Assembly (NCBI GenBank): GCA_965224705.1 | Contig: OZ245056.1 | Span: forward strand, 160,001 to 224,000 | Direction of reading: 5' to 3' | DNA length: 64,000 bases | Origin: Spirochaetaceae bacterium | GTDB lineage: Bacteria; Spirochaetota; Spirochaetia; DSM-2461 | In this document: one piece after another, positions 1 to 12,322 of the stretch | Layout: each line of letters opens with the position of its first letter | How positions within the stretch are numbered: the first letter of the stretch is position 1 | Position numbers and translations under genes: made by a program | The notes under the pieces: model-generated | What the model was told of the DNA's origin: nothing | Seen by the model: the letters and a program-made list of their open reading frames with translations, nothing else | Databases searched by the model: none

Positions 1-766
1 AACCTTCTCCAATACGGGTGAGAAGCATCTTCATCTGCTCAATTGTGGTGTTCTGAGCTTCATCAAGAACAATAGTGCAGTTGTTGAAACTTCGTCCTCT
101 CATGTAGGCAAGAGGTGCAACTTCCAGTTGACCATTGGATTTCAACTGCTCGAAAAGCCTGGTGTCTATGAAAGCTTCCATGGCATCATAGAGCGGCCGG
201 AGGTAGGGAGCAAGTTTCTGAGTGAGATCACCTGGAAGAAAACCAAGGCTTTCACCTGTTTCAACGACGGGTCTGGTCAATATGATTTTTTGCTTCTTCC
301 TGGAGAGTAATTCAATCAGGGCATGAGCAATGGCAAGAAATGTTTTCCCTGTACCAGCCGGTCCCTCACTGAAGATAAGATCACGGGTCTTCATTTCTTG
401 AATGTAATCCGCCTGTGTTCGACTTTGCGGATGAACTCTATAGTTTCCAAAGGGCAGATGAAGAACATTGTTCCGAAAAGCATTACCATCCTTCTGGTTT
501 TCAGATCCCATGGAGTAGTATATGGATCTTATATGCTGCTCGTATATAACATCATTGCTCCCGGCTAATTCCAGCAGTCTGTCCAGTATGCTGCGGAATA
601 ATTGCCTTGATTTCTTATTCTGAGATTGTATTGTTATTTCATTACCCTGCGAGTATACAGGGCTGGAAAGCAGAGTACTTATTTCTCTCAAATTGCTGTC
701 ATCCGGCCCGCACAGGGTTCCCAGGAGATGGGGGTTGTCAATAACGACTGTTAGACTATTATTCAA
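1..766 (-). CDS. phoH: PhoH-family ATPase (3' end runs off the window)
   Basis: Manual minus-strand translation from TTG at 766 gives the GPAGTGKTF P-loop, TRPVVETGESLGFLPGD and LAYMRGRSFNNCTIVLDEAQNTT...LTRIGEG motifs. Not in the ORF track because it is truncated. Confidence 0.93.
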   Translation of the reverse strand, partial: MNNSLTVVIDNPHLLGTLCGPDDSNLREISTLLSSPVYSQGNEITIQSQNKKSRQLFRSILDRLLELAGSNDVIYEQHIRSIYYSMGSENQKDGNAFRNNVLHLPFGNYRVHPQSRTQADYIQEMKTRDLIFSEGPAGTGKTFLAIAHALIELLSRKKQKIILTRPVVETGESLGFLPGDLTQKLAPYLRPLYDAMEAFIDTRLFEQLKSNGQLEVAPLAYMRGRSFNNCTIVLDEAQNTTIEQMKMLLTRIGEG

Positions 767-807
767 TAAAGCTCTCTACCAACCTTGAAGCAATGTAGCT
801 TTATACA

Positions 808-3800
808 TCATTTTGAGTCAAGATTCTCTCCAAAGGATTCAACCGACCAGACTTCATCTTCATACTTTGTTTTCTGGTTAAACATCGGCAATGGATTCCA
901 TTTTATATAGATGCTGAACGTAGATTTCCAGTCATAAACCTTTGTTGCCGTATTAATAGATGGACTGCCGGAATACTCCAATGTAACATCCCAGTTCCTT
1001 AAATGGTGAACCATGGAAAACACAAGTTTCTCCATTTTAAACTGTGAATCAAGCCGATCCTGAGGATTGAAAATATTGAACGACTTCGCCAGATCTTCAA
1101 ATAGATTATACTCCTGAGTTATATTCAACTGATCCCGCCAATGAGGAAAATAAAGATACATACTGCTGTTAATTGCATGAAATGAAAGTTTTATATCTAA
1201 AAACTTGTGAATTCTGAATTCTTGAGTCCACACGAATTTAAAGACATTGTCCGTTGGTTTGGCGAGATTGATTTTCCATGAAGTATCCAATATGGTTTTC
1301 AGCTTGATTCTGTTTTTCCAGAAGGGCAAAGGATCAATTGTTCTTTTGTATGAGAATTCCAGCCTGGTGGCCTTGAATGCGTCCTGAGCTGTATCCCATT
1401 TTACTGTGTTCTTGTTCCAATTGTATGTTGCTGCATAAGAGGCAATTAAACGGGTCTGGAATCCCCAGAATTTGAAGTTAGACTCCGCCCTGGTAAACCT
1501 CTCATCCTTAAGATCATAGGAAGCCGTTTGAGAAATTGTAACTTCTTTGTTCCAAAAAGTCCATGACGCTGACATATTCAATGGATCATGACTCCACTTT
1601 TCGCTTTTGAAAGTATTCTTCTGACTGATACTGAGTTTCAATCCTTTATATTCCAACCCGGAACCAGCCTCTATGGAGTATTGCCTGCCCAAAGGCGGTA
1701 AATTTGTTGAGAGTGTCGAATTAATCGAAAATATACCGACTTTGTAAATGAGATTGGCCAGAGTCGTATGTTTCTTTACATCTTCAGCATTTTCAATCCA
1801 TTCAAGTCGATATTCAGGATTATCCACCGTTGCAGTGTCCTGGAACACATAACTCAAAATATTCGCATCAAACTCATATTTAATAAGGGAAGTACTCAAA
1901 CCCTGTACTCCCTGAAATAATTTCAAATCGACACTGGCACTGTTATCCCAGAGGAATTTGGAGTACTTAAAATCAGAAAGTTTCGTTTTATCTTCAACGG
2001 TTCCATCAGTGCCGTAAACCGGCCTATGAACCTGGTAATAGCCCGACAATCTTGTCGAACCTTTGGCATTCAGAAATCCTCCCCAGAGATTCATCCCATA
2101 TTGAATTTTTCCAGTATGAATTGTGTTTATTTTCGCGGGCTTAAACACTTTGAAACTTATATCTTCAGGTTGAGTCCAGGCCGTGTTCAACAGTTGATCG
2201 TCCATGTAAAACTGAGAATCCAGACCATAACTGAAAGACAGATCAAGTAGTTTTGAGTTGTAAACTGTATTGTAGGCACCGATGTAAACAGGAATGTCAA
2301 TGACATCGGACTCGCTGTCTGTATCCCCGGATTTCTGTTCATTTGATTCCATGTTTTCTTCTACTTCTTTCTTGATGCGGCTGAGAGTAAAGTTGGGCAA
2401 AGCTCCCTTGAAAGAAAATTTTATGTTGGGCAGCACAAGTTTATCCGGATAGAAAAACTTCCTTGCCGGATCGTATGATTTGTCTGGATTGGTTGAAGTG
2501 GTAATGCTTTTATTATCCTTGTTTTTCCAGGTCAAAGATGCCTTGATTTGAGGAAATGAAAGGCTGCTGATCCAGGGGCTGGCACCGGAGACATTGAATC
2601 TGTACGAACCAGACAATGTCCATGACATTGAATTGGCCGCTGTTTTTTTTTCCGTGCTGTCTTCTTCCCCCAGCAGCAGCTTCATCCAGTCAAAGTTCTC
2701 TTTGCGATCCCCGAAATTCTGCTCAAAAAACGGATCTGAGTGCCAGGATAAACCAAGACTCCAGGTTTTATACTTGAGTTCAATTGAAGAAGACCATCGG
2801 AATGGTACTGTTTCTGAACCAATGTAACTGTTGTTCCAATAGACTTTTGGAGTCGATCCATCACTGAAATATACAGAACCATTATCATCGACACTGCGGC
2901 TCACTCCTATGGATGCGTGAAAATTCAAGCTGCCATCCTTCCAGAGTTTTGGAAATTCTCCATAGAAACCTGTAGCAGCACCCAGACCTGTGTAGGCATC
3001 AAGAGTGTACTTAAGGGTACCAGTCTCCTTCTTCGTGTTTTCCTTTTCTTCCGTTTCCGGTTTTTTCTTCACCAGGTACAGGCCTTCACGAACCAATTCG
3101 TAATCGGTACCTGCACTATCGCCAAAGCCCAGCATGGAGAAATCATCATCTTCTTTTTTCTGACCCAGGAAATAGGTCGTAGTTTGAATGTAATAGCCGA
3201 CATTGCTGCGTTCGCCGATTACAGGATTGAATAAAAGATCCCGGCCGGATTTCCAGTAAAAAGGCAGGTAAAGAACTGGAATATGTCCAACATATATTGT
3301 CGCACTGAGAATACTCCACTCTCCAGGGCCGGTTATCCATATTTTTGCAGCCTTCAGCGCATAGTCAGGATTCTCAACATCATAGCTGGTGATTGAACCA
3401 TCGGTGAGTAACAGGATATCAGTACTTGCACGTTTTATAGACTCTCCCCTGAAAAAAAACGGAACGTCTTTCCCATCTATCTCTTCATGTCTTTTGGAAG
3501 TTCCATGAAAAATTATCCCTGTCCAATCGCTTACCTCGAATGTGAGGCTGTCTCCGGTAAATATTTCCTCCCGTCCTTCGTTATCCACTATGTATTCTAT
3601 GTTGCCAATCGCAGAAATCGTTTTGTTTTCCTCATTGAAGATAATAGTATCAGCCTGTACCCGGTGCTTTCGATTCTGCCTTGAGTCATTGACAACAAGT
3701 ACGACATCTCCACTCAATCTCACGATTGATTCGGTTTTATCATCTGATATTTTTACTTCAAAGTATTCGCTGCGTTTTGCTGATTCAATAATAACCTGAT

Positions 3801-4185
3801 CACCATTGCCTGCGGTGCTGTCACTGTCTATCTTCAGGCTTTCAATACTGTAGTGGGAGAGAAGTCGGCTTCTAAGCTGTTCAAGTCCTCCATCAAAAGG
3901 CAGGTTGAGAACTTTGCACCAGGCAACAAGTTCCTCCCTCCCTGAAGTTTTTATATCAACTTCAAGGCTTTTCTCAATCAATCCAGGTTCCATGCTCTCA
4001 TCATCACCGTCTGACTGGAGATCCGGATCTGGAGTATCTGTTATTTCCTCACTCTGATTTTGATCCGAAGGAACTGGCTCGGCAGTTTCCTGTCCGACAA
4101 GAGAATGCATTGAAAACAGTAAAAGACCCACGACTGTTCCATGGAATAATCCTGGTATCTGAATCCATCCTGATCGCGTATTCAC
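808..4185 (-). CDS. LptD-like outer-membrane beta-barrel / LPS-assembly family protein (spirochete BB0838-like)
   Basis: 1125 aa with signal peptide, an OstA-like N-terminal beta-jellyroll region (LSGDVVL...ADTIIFN...AIGNIEY; YALKAAKIWITGPGEW...IPVLYLP) and an aromatic-rich beta-strand C-terminus. Lies directly downstream of uvrA, as in Borrelia. Confidence 0.75.
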   Translation of the reverse strand: MNTRSGWIQIPGLFHGTVVGLLLFSMHSLVGQETAEPVPSDQNQSEEITDTPDPDLQSDGDDESMEPGLIEKSLEVDIKTSGREELVAWCKVLNLPFDGGLEQLRSRLLSHYSIESLKIDSDSTAGNGDQVIIESAKRSEYFEVKISDDKTESIVRLSGDVVLVVNDSRQNRKHRVQADTIIFNEENKTISAIGNIEYIVDNEGREEIFTGDSLTFEVSDWTGIIFHGTSKRHEEIDGKDVPFFFRGESIKRASTDILLLTDGSITSYDVENPDYALKAAKIWITGPGEWSILSATIYVGHIPVLYLPFYWKSGRDLLFNPVIGERSNVGYYIQTTTYFLGQKKEDDDFSMLGFGDSAGTDYELVREGLYLVKKKPETEEKENTKKETGTLKYTLDAYTGLGAATGFYGEFPKLWKDGSLNFHASIGVSRSVDDNGSVYFSDGSTPKVYWNNSYIGSETVPFRWSSSIELKYKTWSLGLSWHSDPFFEQNFGDRKENFDWMKLLLGEEDSTEKKTAANSMSWTLSGSYRFNVSGASPWISSLSFPQIKASLTWKNKDNKSITTSTNPDKSYDPARKFFYPDKLVLPNIKFSFKGALPNFTLSRIKKEVEENMESNEQKSGDTDSESDVIDIPVYIGAYNTVYNSKLLDLSFSYGLDSQFYMDDQLLNTAWTQPEDISFKVFKPAKINTIHTGKIQYGMNLWGGFLNAKGSTRLSGYYQVHRPVYGTDGTVEDKTKLSDFKYSKFLWDNSASVDLKLFQGVQGLSTSLIKYEFDANILSYVFQDTATVDNPEYRLEWIENAEDVKKHTTLANLIYKVGIFSINSTLSTNLPPLGRQYSIEAGSGLEYKGLKLSISQKNTFKSEKWSHDPLNMSASWTFWNKEVTISQTASYDLKDERFTRAESNFKFWGFQTRLIASYAATYNWNKNTVKWDTAQDAFKATRLEFSYKRTIDPLPFWKNRIKLKTILDTSWKINLAKPTDNVFKFVWTQEFRIHKFLDIKLSFHAINSSMYLYFPHWRDQLNITQEYNLFEDLAKSFNIFNPQDRLDSQFKMEKLVFSMVHHLRNWDVTLEYSGSPSINTATKVYDWKSTFSIYIKWNPLPMFNQKTKYEDEVWSVESFGENLDSK

Positions 4186-7007
4186 TGATCGGCCAGTATC
4201 TCCCTGAGATAATATCCGGTATGAGAAGTTCTGGAACGGGCAACTTCTTCAGGTGTCCCCTGTACAACAATTCTCCCTCCGGCATCACCACCTTCAGGAC
4301 CAAGATCAATTATGTGATCAGCCTGTTTAATCACATCGAGATTGTGCTCTATCATACAAATTGTATTTCCATAATCCACAAGAGTCTGGAGGACTTCCAA
4401 CAGCTGCTTCACGTCAGAAAAATGGAGTCCTGTTGTTGGTTCATCAATTATGTAAAATGTATTACCTGTGTTCTGTTTTGAAAGCTCAAGAGCCAGTTTT
4501 ATCCGCTGTGCTTCCCCACCCGAGAGTGTTATGGCCGATTGCCCAAGCTTTATATAACTCATACCGACAGAAATCAAAGTTTCGAGTTTACGAAGAACAG
4601 AAGGAACATGGGAGAAGAAATCAGCCGCTTCATCAATGGTCATGTCCAGAACATCATGAATGTTCTTTCCCTTGAACCTGATTTCAAGAGTTTCCCGATT
4701 GAATCGGCGTCCTTTACAAATATCGCAGGTAACATAGACATCGGCAAGAAAATGCATCTCTATTCTTCTGGTACCAGCTCCTTCACATGCCTCACATCGA
4801 CCGCCCCTGACGTTGAAACTGAAACGGCCAGGTTTGAATCCCCGTGCCTTTGATTCCGGCAGATTGGCAAACAATTCACGGATTGGAGTAAACAGTCCCA
4901 CATAAGTTGCAGGATTGGATCTGGGTGTTCGGCCAATTGGACTCTGGTTGATACTGATCACCTTGTCAATGTACTCGGCTCCAGAAATAGAATCGCAGTT
5001 TCCTGCAGGATGATGGGTTCTGCCCAGTGTGTTGGAAAGCTCAGGATACAGGATGTCGGAGAGCAGTGTTGATTTCCCTGAACCTGAAACTCCCGTAATC
5101 AACACAAATTTCCCCAGGGGAATCTCTACATCAATGTTCTTGAGATTGTGTTCTCTTGCTCCCCTGACAGAAATGCTTTTACCATTCCCCTTTCTCCGCT
5201 CCTCTGGAACATGAATGAACTCGATCCCGCTCAGGAACCGGCCTGTCGGACTGTCAGGATTGGTCAGTATGGCATCCAGGGGCCCCTGAGCCACAACACA
5301 ACCGCCATGAACTCCAGCCTGGGGGCCCATATCAACGATATGATCCGCTGTTCGGATGGTTTGCTCATCATGTTCAACGACAATCAGAGTATTGCCAAGA
5401 TTTCTCAGGTGAATCAGTGTATCAATGAGTTTTCCATTGTCCCGCTGATGCAGGCCGATGGTTGGTTCATCCAGGATGTATAAGACTCCCATGAGGGAGG
5501 ATCCAATTTGAGTGGCCAGACGAATTCGCTGTGCCTCCCCGCCACTCAGGCTGGCCGATTGCCTGTCCAGGGTCAGGTATCCTAATCCCACGCTTTCAAG
5601 AAAACCCAGCCTGTCTCGTATCTCTTTCAATATCTGTTCTGCAATATGACTGTCTGTTTCATCCAGAACCAGATCATTGAAGAATTTCCCCGCTTCATGC
5701 ACAGGAAAAACTGTAACATCATGGATGTTTTTTCCACTGACAAAAACACTCAGGGCCTCCAGGTTCAATCGCTTCCCATCACAAATCCGGCATGGCCGCC
5801 GTGTCATGAAACCTTCCAGCCAATCCCGTACACCTGATGATGTGGATTCCTTGTAACGGCGGTTCAAATCTGCGATTATTCCCTTGAACTGGGAGGAATA
5901 CTCATATTTTCCCGTTCCCTTTTTGTTAACATAGGTAATGTCAATGCTCTCATCGCTTCCATAAAAGATGGAATCCAGCACATCGGATGGCAGATTGCCC
6001 AGCGGTTCATCCAGACTGAAACTGAAAGTTCTGGCCAATCCATCAAACCAGCTTCGATACCATGCTGCTTCGGGATTGTAGGGAAGAAGTCCACGTTCGT
6101 TGAAGGACAGTGAGGGGTCGGGCATGATGAGTTCCTGGTCGAATTCCTGGGTCATTCCTAAACCATCGCATGAGGAACAGGCACCATAGGGACTGTTGAA
6201 GCTAAACAGTCTGGGCTGAAGTTCGGGAAGGCTGAAACCGCATACCGGACATGAACTCCGCTCGGAAAAGAATAATTCCTCATCACCTTCATTTTTGAGA
6301 ATGCGTATTCTTACTTTTCCCTCTGTGATTTCCAATGCAGTTTCAATGGAATCCGCCAGGCGCTTCCGGCTTGAATCATCGATTTTAACCCTGTCCACCA
6401 CGATGGCAATGTCATGCTTCTTATTCTTACTCAGAGAGATTTTCTCATCCAGGGAAAGAATTTCTCCATCAACCTGTACTCTGATAAATCCGGATTGTCT
6501 GGCATCTTCAAAGATTTTCCTATGTGTTCCCTTCTTGCCTCGAACTATGGGGGCTAAAACTATCAAACGGCTTCCAGATGGAAGGGAAAGTACCGTATCC
6601 AGTATCTGATCAACAGACTGTTCCCTGATGGGAGTTCCATCCTTTGGACAGACTGGTCTTCCAATGCGGGCATAAAGCAGCCTGAGATAATCGTATATTT
6701 CCGTTATGGTTCCGACAGTTGAACGGGGATTCTTACTTGTTGTTCTCTGCTCAATTGAAATCGCAGGAGAAAGACCTTCCAGATAGTCAACATCGGGTTT
6801 ATCCATCCGTCCAAGAAACTGTCTTGCATACGCTGACAGTGATTCGACATAGCGTCTCTGTCCTTCAGCAAAGATTGTATCAAATGCCAGAGAAGACTTA
6901 CCTGAACCTGATAATCCTGATATAACAATGAGTTTATCCCGCGGCAGTTCAAGATTGATATTGCGGAGATTATGTTCCCGCGCCCCTCGTATGACAATAT
7001 CCTTCAT
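4182..7007 (-). CDS. uvrA: Excinuclease ABC subunit A
   Basis: Two ABC cassettes ([24 protein letters not shown] twice), CxxC zinc fingers, canonical N-terminus GAREHNL. Confidence 0.99.
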   Translation of the reverse strand: MKDIVIRGAREHNLRNINLELPRDKLIVISGLSGSGKSSLAFDTIFAEGQRRYVESLSAYARQFLGRMDKPDVDYLEGLSPAISIEQRTTSKNPRSTVGTITEIYDYLRLLYARIGRPVCPKDGTPIREQSVDQILDTVLSLPSGSRLIVLAPIVRGKKGTHRKIFEDARQSGFIRVQVDGEILSLDEKISLSKNKKHDIAIVVDRVKIDDSSRKRLADSIETALEITEGKVRIRILKNEGDEELFFSERSSCPVCGFSLPELQPRLFSFNSPYGACSSCDGLGMTQEFDQELIMPDPSLSFNERGLLPYNPEAAWYRSWFDGLARTFSFSLDEPLGNLPSDVLDSIFYGSDESIDITYVNKKGTGKYEYSSQFKGIIADLNRRYKESTSSGVRDWLEGFMTRRPCRICDGKRLNLEALSVFVSGKNIHDVTVFPVHEAGKFFNDLVLDETDSHIAEQILKEIRDRLGFLESVGLGYLTLDRQSASLSGGEAQRIRLATQIGSSLMGVLYILDEPTIGLHQRDNGKLIDTLIHLRNLGNTLIVVEHDEQTIRTADHIVDMGPQAGVHGGCVVAQGPLDAILTNPDSPTGRFLSGIEFIHVPEERRKGNGKSISVRGAREHNLKNIDVEIPLGKFVLITGVSGSGKSTLLSDILYPELSNTLGRTHHPAGNCDSISGAEYIDKVISINQSPIGRTPRSNPATYVGLFTPIRELFANLPESKARGFKPGRFSFNVRGGRCEACEGAGTRRIEMHFLADVYVTCDICKGRRFNRETLEIRFKGKNIHDVLDMTIDEAADFFSHVPSVLRKLETLISVGMSYIKLGQSAITLSGGEAQRIKLALELSKQNTGNTFYIIDEPTTGLHFSDVKQLLEVLQTLVDYGNTICMIEHNLDVIKQADHIIDLGPEGGDAGGRIVVQGTPEEVARSRTSHTGYYLREILADQ

Positions 7008-7972
7008 TAAGGACTCAATGTACCGGTTGTAATGAAGGGTTCTTCCAGTTGACGCCTGGCAAGAAGTCCCCAGCGGCCGGACACAGACCGTGAGATTTCA
7101 TTCTCTGCCAGAAACCGCCATAGGCTTTCCGCTCGCTCTACATACCCCTCAGCATATAATGAAACTGATAGAAGATAGAATTGAGGCCAGAAGCCGGAAT
7201 CACCAAGCCACTGCAGCAGCAGGGGATAGTGATCTCTTACAAGTTCCAATAATTCAGCCGCTCCATCCAGATCTCCTGGATATCGAACATCCCGGTCAGG
7301 ATACCTTGCGTCCTCTTCCAGATTTATATCAAAGCGCCATTCTGGCCGGTATTCTCGATATTGACCTGAAACCGTTGAGAGCAGGGAAAGAATGGTTCGA
7401 AGTGAATGCAGTAGAGACGAACGATAACGCCCGTCTTCCCACGCAATCTCACCCAGCATGCGGCGGGCCTTTAATGATTGCCGCAATTCACTGCGATAGA
7501 GGTACAATAACTCATCCAGCCCCCTGGTAACAAAGTATTCAATGTAGCGATGCTCAAGCTCAACTTCAGAACTGGAAGAAGCTCCTTCCGAGTCTGCAAT
7601 TTCCATGAGAATCAGCTCCGACTCCGAGCGGCGGCTGCCGCCGGTTTTCAGTAAAAGTTCTGCCAGAGAGTATAAGATCTGGAACCTGTCGTCAGGTACT
7701 CGCAAGTATATTGCCAGATTCAGTGCTCTTCGGTACTGCTCTTCTGCCATAACAGCCTGCCCCTGAGCGGCATAAACACGGCCAAGCCAGTATTCTGCCT
7801 CAGGATACTCATCCATAGTCTCAACAGCTTCAAGTATATACTCCATGGCGGTGGTAATGTCCCTTGATTCAAATGCCGCCTTCCCCCGTTCCAGAAGCAC
7901 CCAGGGAATCTCCTGGGCACCACAACAGACACTGAAGACAATGAGTAAAAAGAATCGCAAAGCCCAGGTCAA
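7007..7972 (-). CDS. Tetratricopeptide-repeat exported protein
   Basis: Signal-like N-terminus, TPR-like helices ([12 protein letters not shown]...AEEQYRRAL). Confidence 0.7.
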   Translation of the reverse strand: MTWALRFFLLIVFSVCCGAQEIPWVLLERGKAAFESRDITTAMEYILEAVETMDEYPEAEYWLGRVYAAQGQAVMAEEQYRRALNLAIYLRVPDDRFQILYSLAELLLKTGGSRRSESELILMEIADSEGASSSSEVELEHRYIEYFVTRGLDELLYLYRSELRQSLKARRMLGEIAWEDGRYRSSLLHSLRTILSLLSTVSGQYREYRPEWRFDINLEEDARYPDRDVRYPGDLDGAAELLELVRDHYPLLLQWLGDSGFWPQFYLLSVSLYAEGYVERAESLWRFLAENEISRSVSGRWGLLARRQLEEPFITTGTLSP

Positions 7973-8091
7973 TACGTTACTCTCCTGTAAAAAACATATA
8001 GGAAACCAGAGTTTAATTCATTTTGGTCAATGAAGATCCGGTCAAGTACAGCCGATATTGAACGCTTTCCCAAAGTACCCTTATGCGCGGT

Positions 8092-8517
8092 TCAGCCGAC
8101 AACTCCTCTGAGAAATACCATGGCAAACAGGGCCACTGTTTCAATTAAGCCAATGACCATCACATAGTTTCCAAAACCTTTTCCTGTTTCGGCCAGTGCA
8201 TCTGAAGCGGCGGCGGCGGCAGCCCCCTGCATATATCCTGAAGCACCAATGGCAATTCCACCGAACAAGCCCACCTCCAGCAAAACCAGCGGCGGCAATG
8301 CTGAGGTATTGATGGCAATTAACAGAATCAATCCATAAAAAGTCTGGGTGAGCGGCATACCAACGAAGGCAACCAGCATAAAGGGTGCAGATTTGTTATT
8401 CGCATAGCATTTCTTCCATGCCCCTATAGCTGCCTGACCAGCCTTACCCATACCAAATGCTGAACCAACAGCCGATAAACCCAACGCGGCACCATAACCA
8501 AGTGACTCGATTTCCAT
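8092..8517 (-). CDS. ntpK: V-type ATP synthase subunit K (proteolipid)
   Basis: 141 aa with four hydrophobic helices, motifs PLTQTFYG and GLIETVALF; last gene of the V-ATPase operon. Confidence 0.95.
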   Translation of the reverse strand: MEIESLGYGAALGLSAVGSAFGMGKAGQAAIGAWKKCYANNKSAPFMLVAFVGMPLTQTFYGLILLIAINTSALPPLVLLEVGLFGGIAIGASGYMQGAAAAAASDALAETGKGFGNYVMVIGLIETVALFAMVFLRGVVG

Positions 8518-8519
8518 AT

Positions 8520-10415
8520 TTACTCCTTATTTGCTTCCGATATTTCAACTTCCGGAACATGCAGGCTGAATGGCTTGAAGCCGATTCCAGCCCATTCCAT
8601 ATCCAGGTGACCGGAGAACTCAAGTACATTGAGCCGCACACCGTGAACCAACACCGATAATGCACTCAAAACCAAATTTAACGCGTGACCAATGCCAAGT
8701 ATCAACACAGCGGCTGCGATGGCGACTCCATCACCGCGAGGTGCCATTGCATTAAAACTCTGGGAAAGAGCCACTCCAACCAGACCGACAGCAAAAAGCC
8801 TGATAAAGGATATTATATCACCAAAGGCCCCAATAGAATTGAGCAGAGTTGGAAGCAGGTTCTTCAATCCCCTCAGTACCCCGCTCATGAAGGACGTTCC
8901 CCTCTTCTGCTCCCCAAAAATCAGGACGACAAGGAGTCCTCCAAGTATAACCGGGAGCGCCAACTCCATAATGATGGGCAGTGGAGAAAGCTGCAGGACA
9001 ATACTCATGATGAGCCAGTACATGGTAATCACGATGGACAACCATCCTAACTGTGCTATAGCTGACAGAGAAGGGCATCTGCGAACAAAGTTCTGTATTC
9101 GTGCGATTAGAATCATCACAATACCCAGCAGAAGACTGATCCACATTGTAAATGTGGTAACATTCATCGAATCATCAGGAAAAATCTTCATCCTGACCAC
9201 ATAACCTGGGAAAAGCTCATCCTGGTAGGTCGCAATTGCCGGTATAACAAAATTCTTCAGCACGGTATCCCGTACCAGTGAGAGAGATGAAAACCAGGTT
9301 CCCGTCACTGTTCCCCAAATCAAAGTTGTAACACCAAATATAAAAATGAGACGGAGTGTATCTGTCATCTTTCGGATTTTTAAGAGAACAGCCAGTGCCA
9401 GTATTAGAATAACGGTTCCATACCCGGCATCCCCGAGTATCATGGCTGTAAATATACTGAGAAAGGAAAGAAACCAGAAACTGATATCCGGTTCATGATA
9501 TCCTGGAAAAATTCCCATCAACTTGAAAACAGGCTGTATAACTCTGATTGCGGGAGAATTCTTTACCAGAGTAGGAACCACTTCATCCTCGTGCGGATCC
9601 CTCATCACCAGTCCCCATGATTTTTCTGCGGCCAGCGATTTGAGATTATCCGCTTCGTGTACGGGTATAAAACCCGTAAACCCTGTCAATCCTTCATCAA
9701 CCGGCAGTGAACTCCTTATCTCTTCAAATTCAACATCCTGCCGTACAGCAATAACAGCCTGTTCCATCATTGTGTAGAATGCTCCCAGTTCCCCCAATTC
9801 CTGCCTTACCCTGGCCAGATCCTCTTTTGCTGTCGAGATCAAAGTTTCCAGTTCCGATAAACCATACTCTGGTAAATCAATACCCCTCTCTCCACCATTC
9901 TCCGGGGTTTGTCTGTATATTAACACACCAGAAACAATGCTCTTCTTCTTTCGCATTGGAATAAATACAGCTTTCGTATCCATTCGTAAACGTTCTCTGG
10001 TTTCAGCGTCAGAATCAATCAAACGAATATCGATTCCTTTCGCGGCCAGCATCCTTATGTCGATAGGACTGAAGTTTTCCCATGGTTTCAGCAGTTCAAA
10101 ATCTTTGTTCAGTTGAGAAAGACATTTAAGAAGCTCATCTTCCCTGTTTTTTTTTCTCAGGATCTCATCAGCTTTTTCATTTGCTTCTTTCCTGTTCAGC
10201 CTGGCATGGTGCTGATTCTTCCTGCCTTTAAACTGGGCAATACATCCCTGAGCTTTGTTGAGTTTGTTCAACTCATTCAGCAAGTTTTCAGGCACTGCCA
10301 TGGCATCCGGTTCCTGCTGAATATGCATAACACCAGCCCGCCGCAGCGTCTTCAAGGCCGACTGTCGGTGCTTATCCTGGAGAGCTACACTGACTTTCTT
10401 CATTTTGACAATCAT
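8520..10415 (-). CDS. ntpI: V-type ATP synthase subunit I
   Basis: MIVKMKKV start, PGYHEPD, GDAGYG, DIISFIRLFAVG and HGVRLNVLEF motifs. Confidence 0.96.
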   Translation of the reverse strand: MIVKMKKVSVALQDKHRQSALKTLRRAGVMHIQQEPDAMAVPENLLNELNKLNKAQGCIAQFKGRKNQHHARLNRKEANEKADEILRKKNREDELLKCLSQLNKDFELLKPWENFSPIDIRMLAAKGIDIRLIDSDAETRERLRMDTKAVFIPMRKKKSIVSGVLIYRQTPENGGERGIDLPEYGLSELETLISTAKEDLARVRQELGELGAFYTMMEQAVIAVRQDVEFEEIRSSLPVDEGLTGFTGFIPVHEADNLKSLAAEKSWGLVMRDPHEDEVVPTLVKNSPAIRVIQPVFKLMGIFPGYHEPDISFWFLSFLSIFTAMILGDAGYGTVILILALAVLLKIRKMTDTLRLIFIFGVTTLIWGTVTGTWFSSLSLVRDTVLKNFVIPAIATYQDELFPGYVVRMKIFPDDSMNVTTFTMWISLLLGIVMILIARIQNFVRRCPSLSAIAQLGWLSIVITMYWLIMSIVLQLSPLPIIMELALPVILGGLLVVLIFGEQKRGTSFMSGVLRGLKNLLPTLLNSIGAFGDIISFIRLFAVGLVGVALSQSFNAMAPRGDGVAIAAAVLILGIGHALNLVLSALSVLVHGVRLNVLEFSGHLDMEWAGIGFKPFSLHVPEVEISEANKE

Positions 10416-11017
10416 GAGGCAGCCCTTTCCAATCCCCTTTTGGAGATTTTGCCCCGTACAACTGCGGCTGTTTGCTGATCGCCAAGATAAATTCCGATTT
10501 TCTTTATATGGGACTGGGTCTCCGGGATTTTGATTTTTTCAAACAGGTTCACTCTCTGTGAAGTAGTACGCAATTCCCTGGCCAGTCTTTTTCGCTGTTC
10601 ATTGAGGATGCCCAATTGCAGATCGAGCAGAATAACTTTCTGCAATTCTTTTACAGCCCGGTCAATCCAGAGCGGCATGAGCCAGAGATCATAGGTAGTG
10701 GGGGCAAAGACTGCCCCCTCGAAGAGGGGAATACTGACTCCAGCGATGTTTCCTTCGCTGGTTTTCACCTCTTCGAGAACCGGAAAGGTTTCATCCAATC
10801 CCACCTCTTCACCAAAAACAGCAACCCATTTTTTTATATTATTTTCCAACTTTTCTTTTTTATCCTGTACTTCCGCAATCCGTTCTTCAACTTTCTGAAT
10901 TTCTACCTGAAGCTGCTGTTTCTTCAGGATAAGGGTCGGCAGATACCGTCGATACATTTTAAGAGAATCTTTTTGTTTCTTGAGCTCATTCTTAGTAAGT
11001 CTAACCTTAGCCATCAA
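10412..11017 (-). CDS. ntpD: V-type ATP synthase subunit D
   Basis: LTKNELK...YLPTL, TTSQRVNLFEKIKIP motifs. Confidence 0.96.
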   Translation of the reverse strand: MMAKVRLTKNELKKQKDSLKMYRRYLPTLILKKQQLQVEIQKVEERIAEVQDKKEKLENNIKKWVAVFGEEVGLDETFPVLEEVKTSEGNIAGVSIPLFEGAVFAPTTYDLWLMPLWIDRAVKELQKVILLDLQLGILNEQRKRLARELRTTSQRVNLFEKIKIPETQSHIKKIGIYLGDQQTAAVVRGKISKRGLERAAS

Positions 11018-11029
11018 TCCTTCTCTTGT

Positions 11030-12322
11030 TTACTCCGGCCAAAACTTCTCTATCAAATTTGAACGCAGACCTGTTTCCTCTTTATCAAAACACTCTGCAA
11101 GAATTTGCCAGCCATTATCCAGAGCCTGTTCAATTGGGATATTGACAGAGAGACTCATCATCTCCTTCTCAAACAAATCGCCGTATTTCAACAATTTTTC
11201 ATCCCAATTTGTCATTAGAAAACCCATTGACTGCTTTTCCAGGGAGTCTTTGTATGTGGCATACAGCTTTATCATACCATTCATCAATGCACGATGATCA
11301 TCCCGAGTTTTATCATTGACCTGTTGTTTGAGGCGGCTGAGAGAACCGAAGGGCTCTATCCGTCCATTCCTCAGGTAGAATTGACCCTCAGTGATGTAAC
11401 CTGTGTTATCCGGGACGGGATGAGTAACATCATCTCCCGGCATCGTGGTGACAGCCAGAATAGTTATGGATCCTGCTCCCTCAATATCCACCGCTTTTTC
11501 ATATCGGCTGGCCAACTGGGAATACAGATCTCCAGGATAACCTCGATTGGACGGAACCTGTTCCTGGGTGATGGCAATTTCCTTCATGGCATCAGCAAAG
11601 TTGGTCATATCTGTCAGTAAAACCAGCACTTTTTCGCCTTTCAGTGCAAACTTCTCGGCCACGGCAAGGGAAATATCCGGCACCATGAGGCCCTCAACCA
11701 CAGGATCGGCAGCTGTATGAATGAAGAGAATTGAACGACTTATCGCCCCACCCTCCTCCAGAGTGTCCCGGAAGTAAAGGTAATCATCGTGTTTAAGCCC
11801 TATCCCCCCCAGTATGATAAGATCAACTTCAGCCTGAAGGGCTATCCTGGCCAATAACTCATTGTATGGCTCTCCAGAAATTGAGAAGATGGGTAATTTC
11901 TGACTCTCTACCAGTGTATTAAAAAGATCGATCATCGGGATACCGGTTCGGACCATGTTTCCTGGAATGATTCGCCGGGTTGGATTAAAGGATGGGCCCC
12001 CTATGGGGATCATGTTTTCTTTCAGCGCAGGGCCCTTATCCCGCGGCTCACCCGAACCATCAAACACTCTTCCCCGTAAATTATCACTGAATGAAACCTG
12101 CATGGGCTTTCCAAGAAAACGCAATTCATCCCCGGTGGATATTCCGCGGGTACCAACGAAGACCTGCAGCGATACCAGGTCTTTATCCATTTTTATGACT
12201 TCCGCAAGAGATGTCCCAAATGATGTGTTGATAACTGCTAAATCCCCGTACCGAATACCGTCGGCTTTTACGGTGATGACATTGCCTGCAATGGATTCAA
12301 TCCGACTGTACACCTTATTCAC
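11030..12322 (-). CDS. ntpB: V-type ATP synthase subunit B
   Basis: [26 protein letters not shown] and [14 protein letters not shown] motifs. Likely start is GTG at 12322 (the ORF track extends to 12361). Confidence 0.97.
   Translation of the reverse strand: MNKVYSRIESIAGNVITVKADGIRYGDLAVINTSFGTSLAEVIKMDKDLVSLQVFVGTRGISTGDELRFLGKPMQVSFSDNLRGRVFDGSGEPRDKGPALKENMIPIGGPSFNPTRRIIPGNMVRTGIPMIDLFNTLVESQKLPIFSISGEPYNELLARIALQAEVDLIILGGIGLKHDDYLYFRDTLEEGGAISRSILFIHTAADPVVEGLMVPDISLAVAEKFALKGEKVLVLLTDMTNFADAMKEIAITQEQVPSNRGYPGDLYSQLASRYEKAVDIEGAGSITILAVTTMPGDDVTHPVPDNTGYITEGQFYLRNGRIEPFGSLSRLKQQVNDKTRDDHRALMNGMIKLYATYKDSLEKQSMGFLMTNWDEKLLKYGDLFEKEMMSLSVNIPIEQALDNGWQILAECFDKEETGLRSNLIEKFWPE

Noticed and set aside
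128..568. Plus-strand 60-aa and 81-aa ORFs
   Set aside because: Antisense shadows of the phoH gene.
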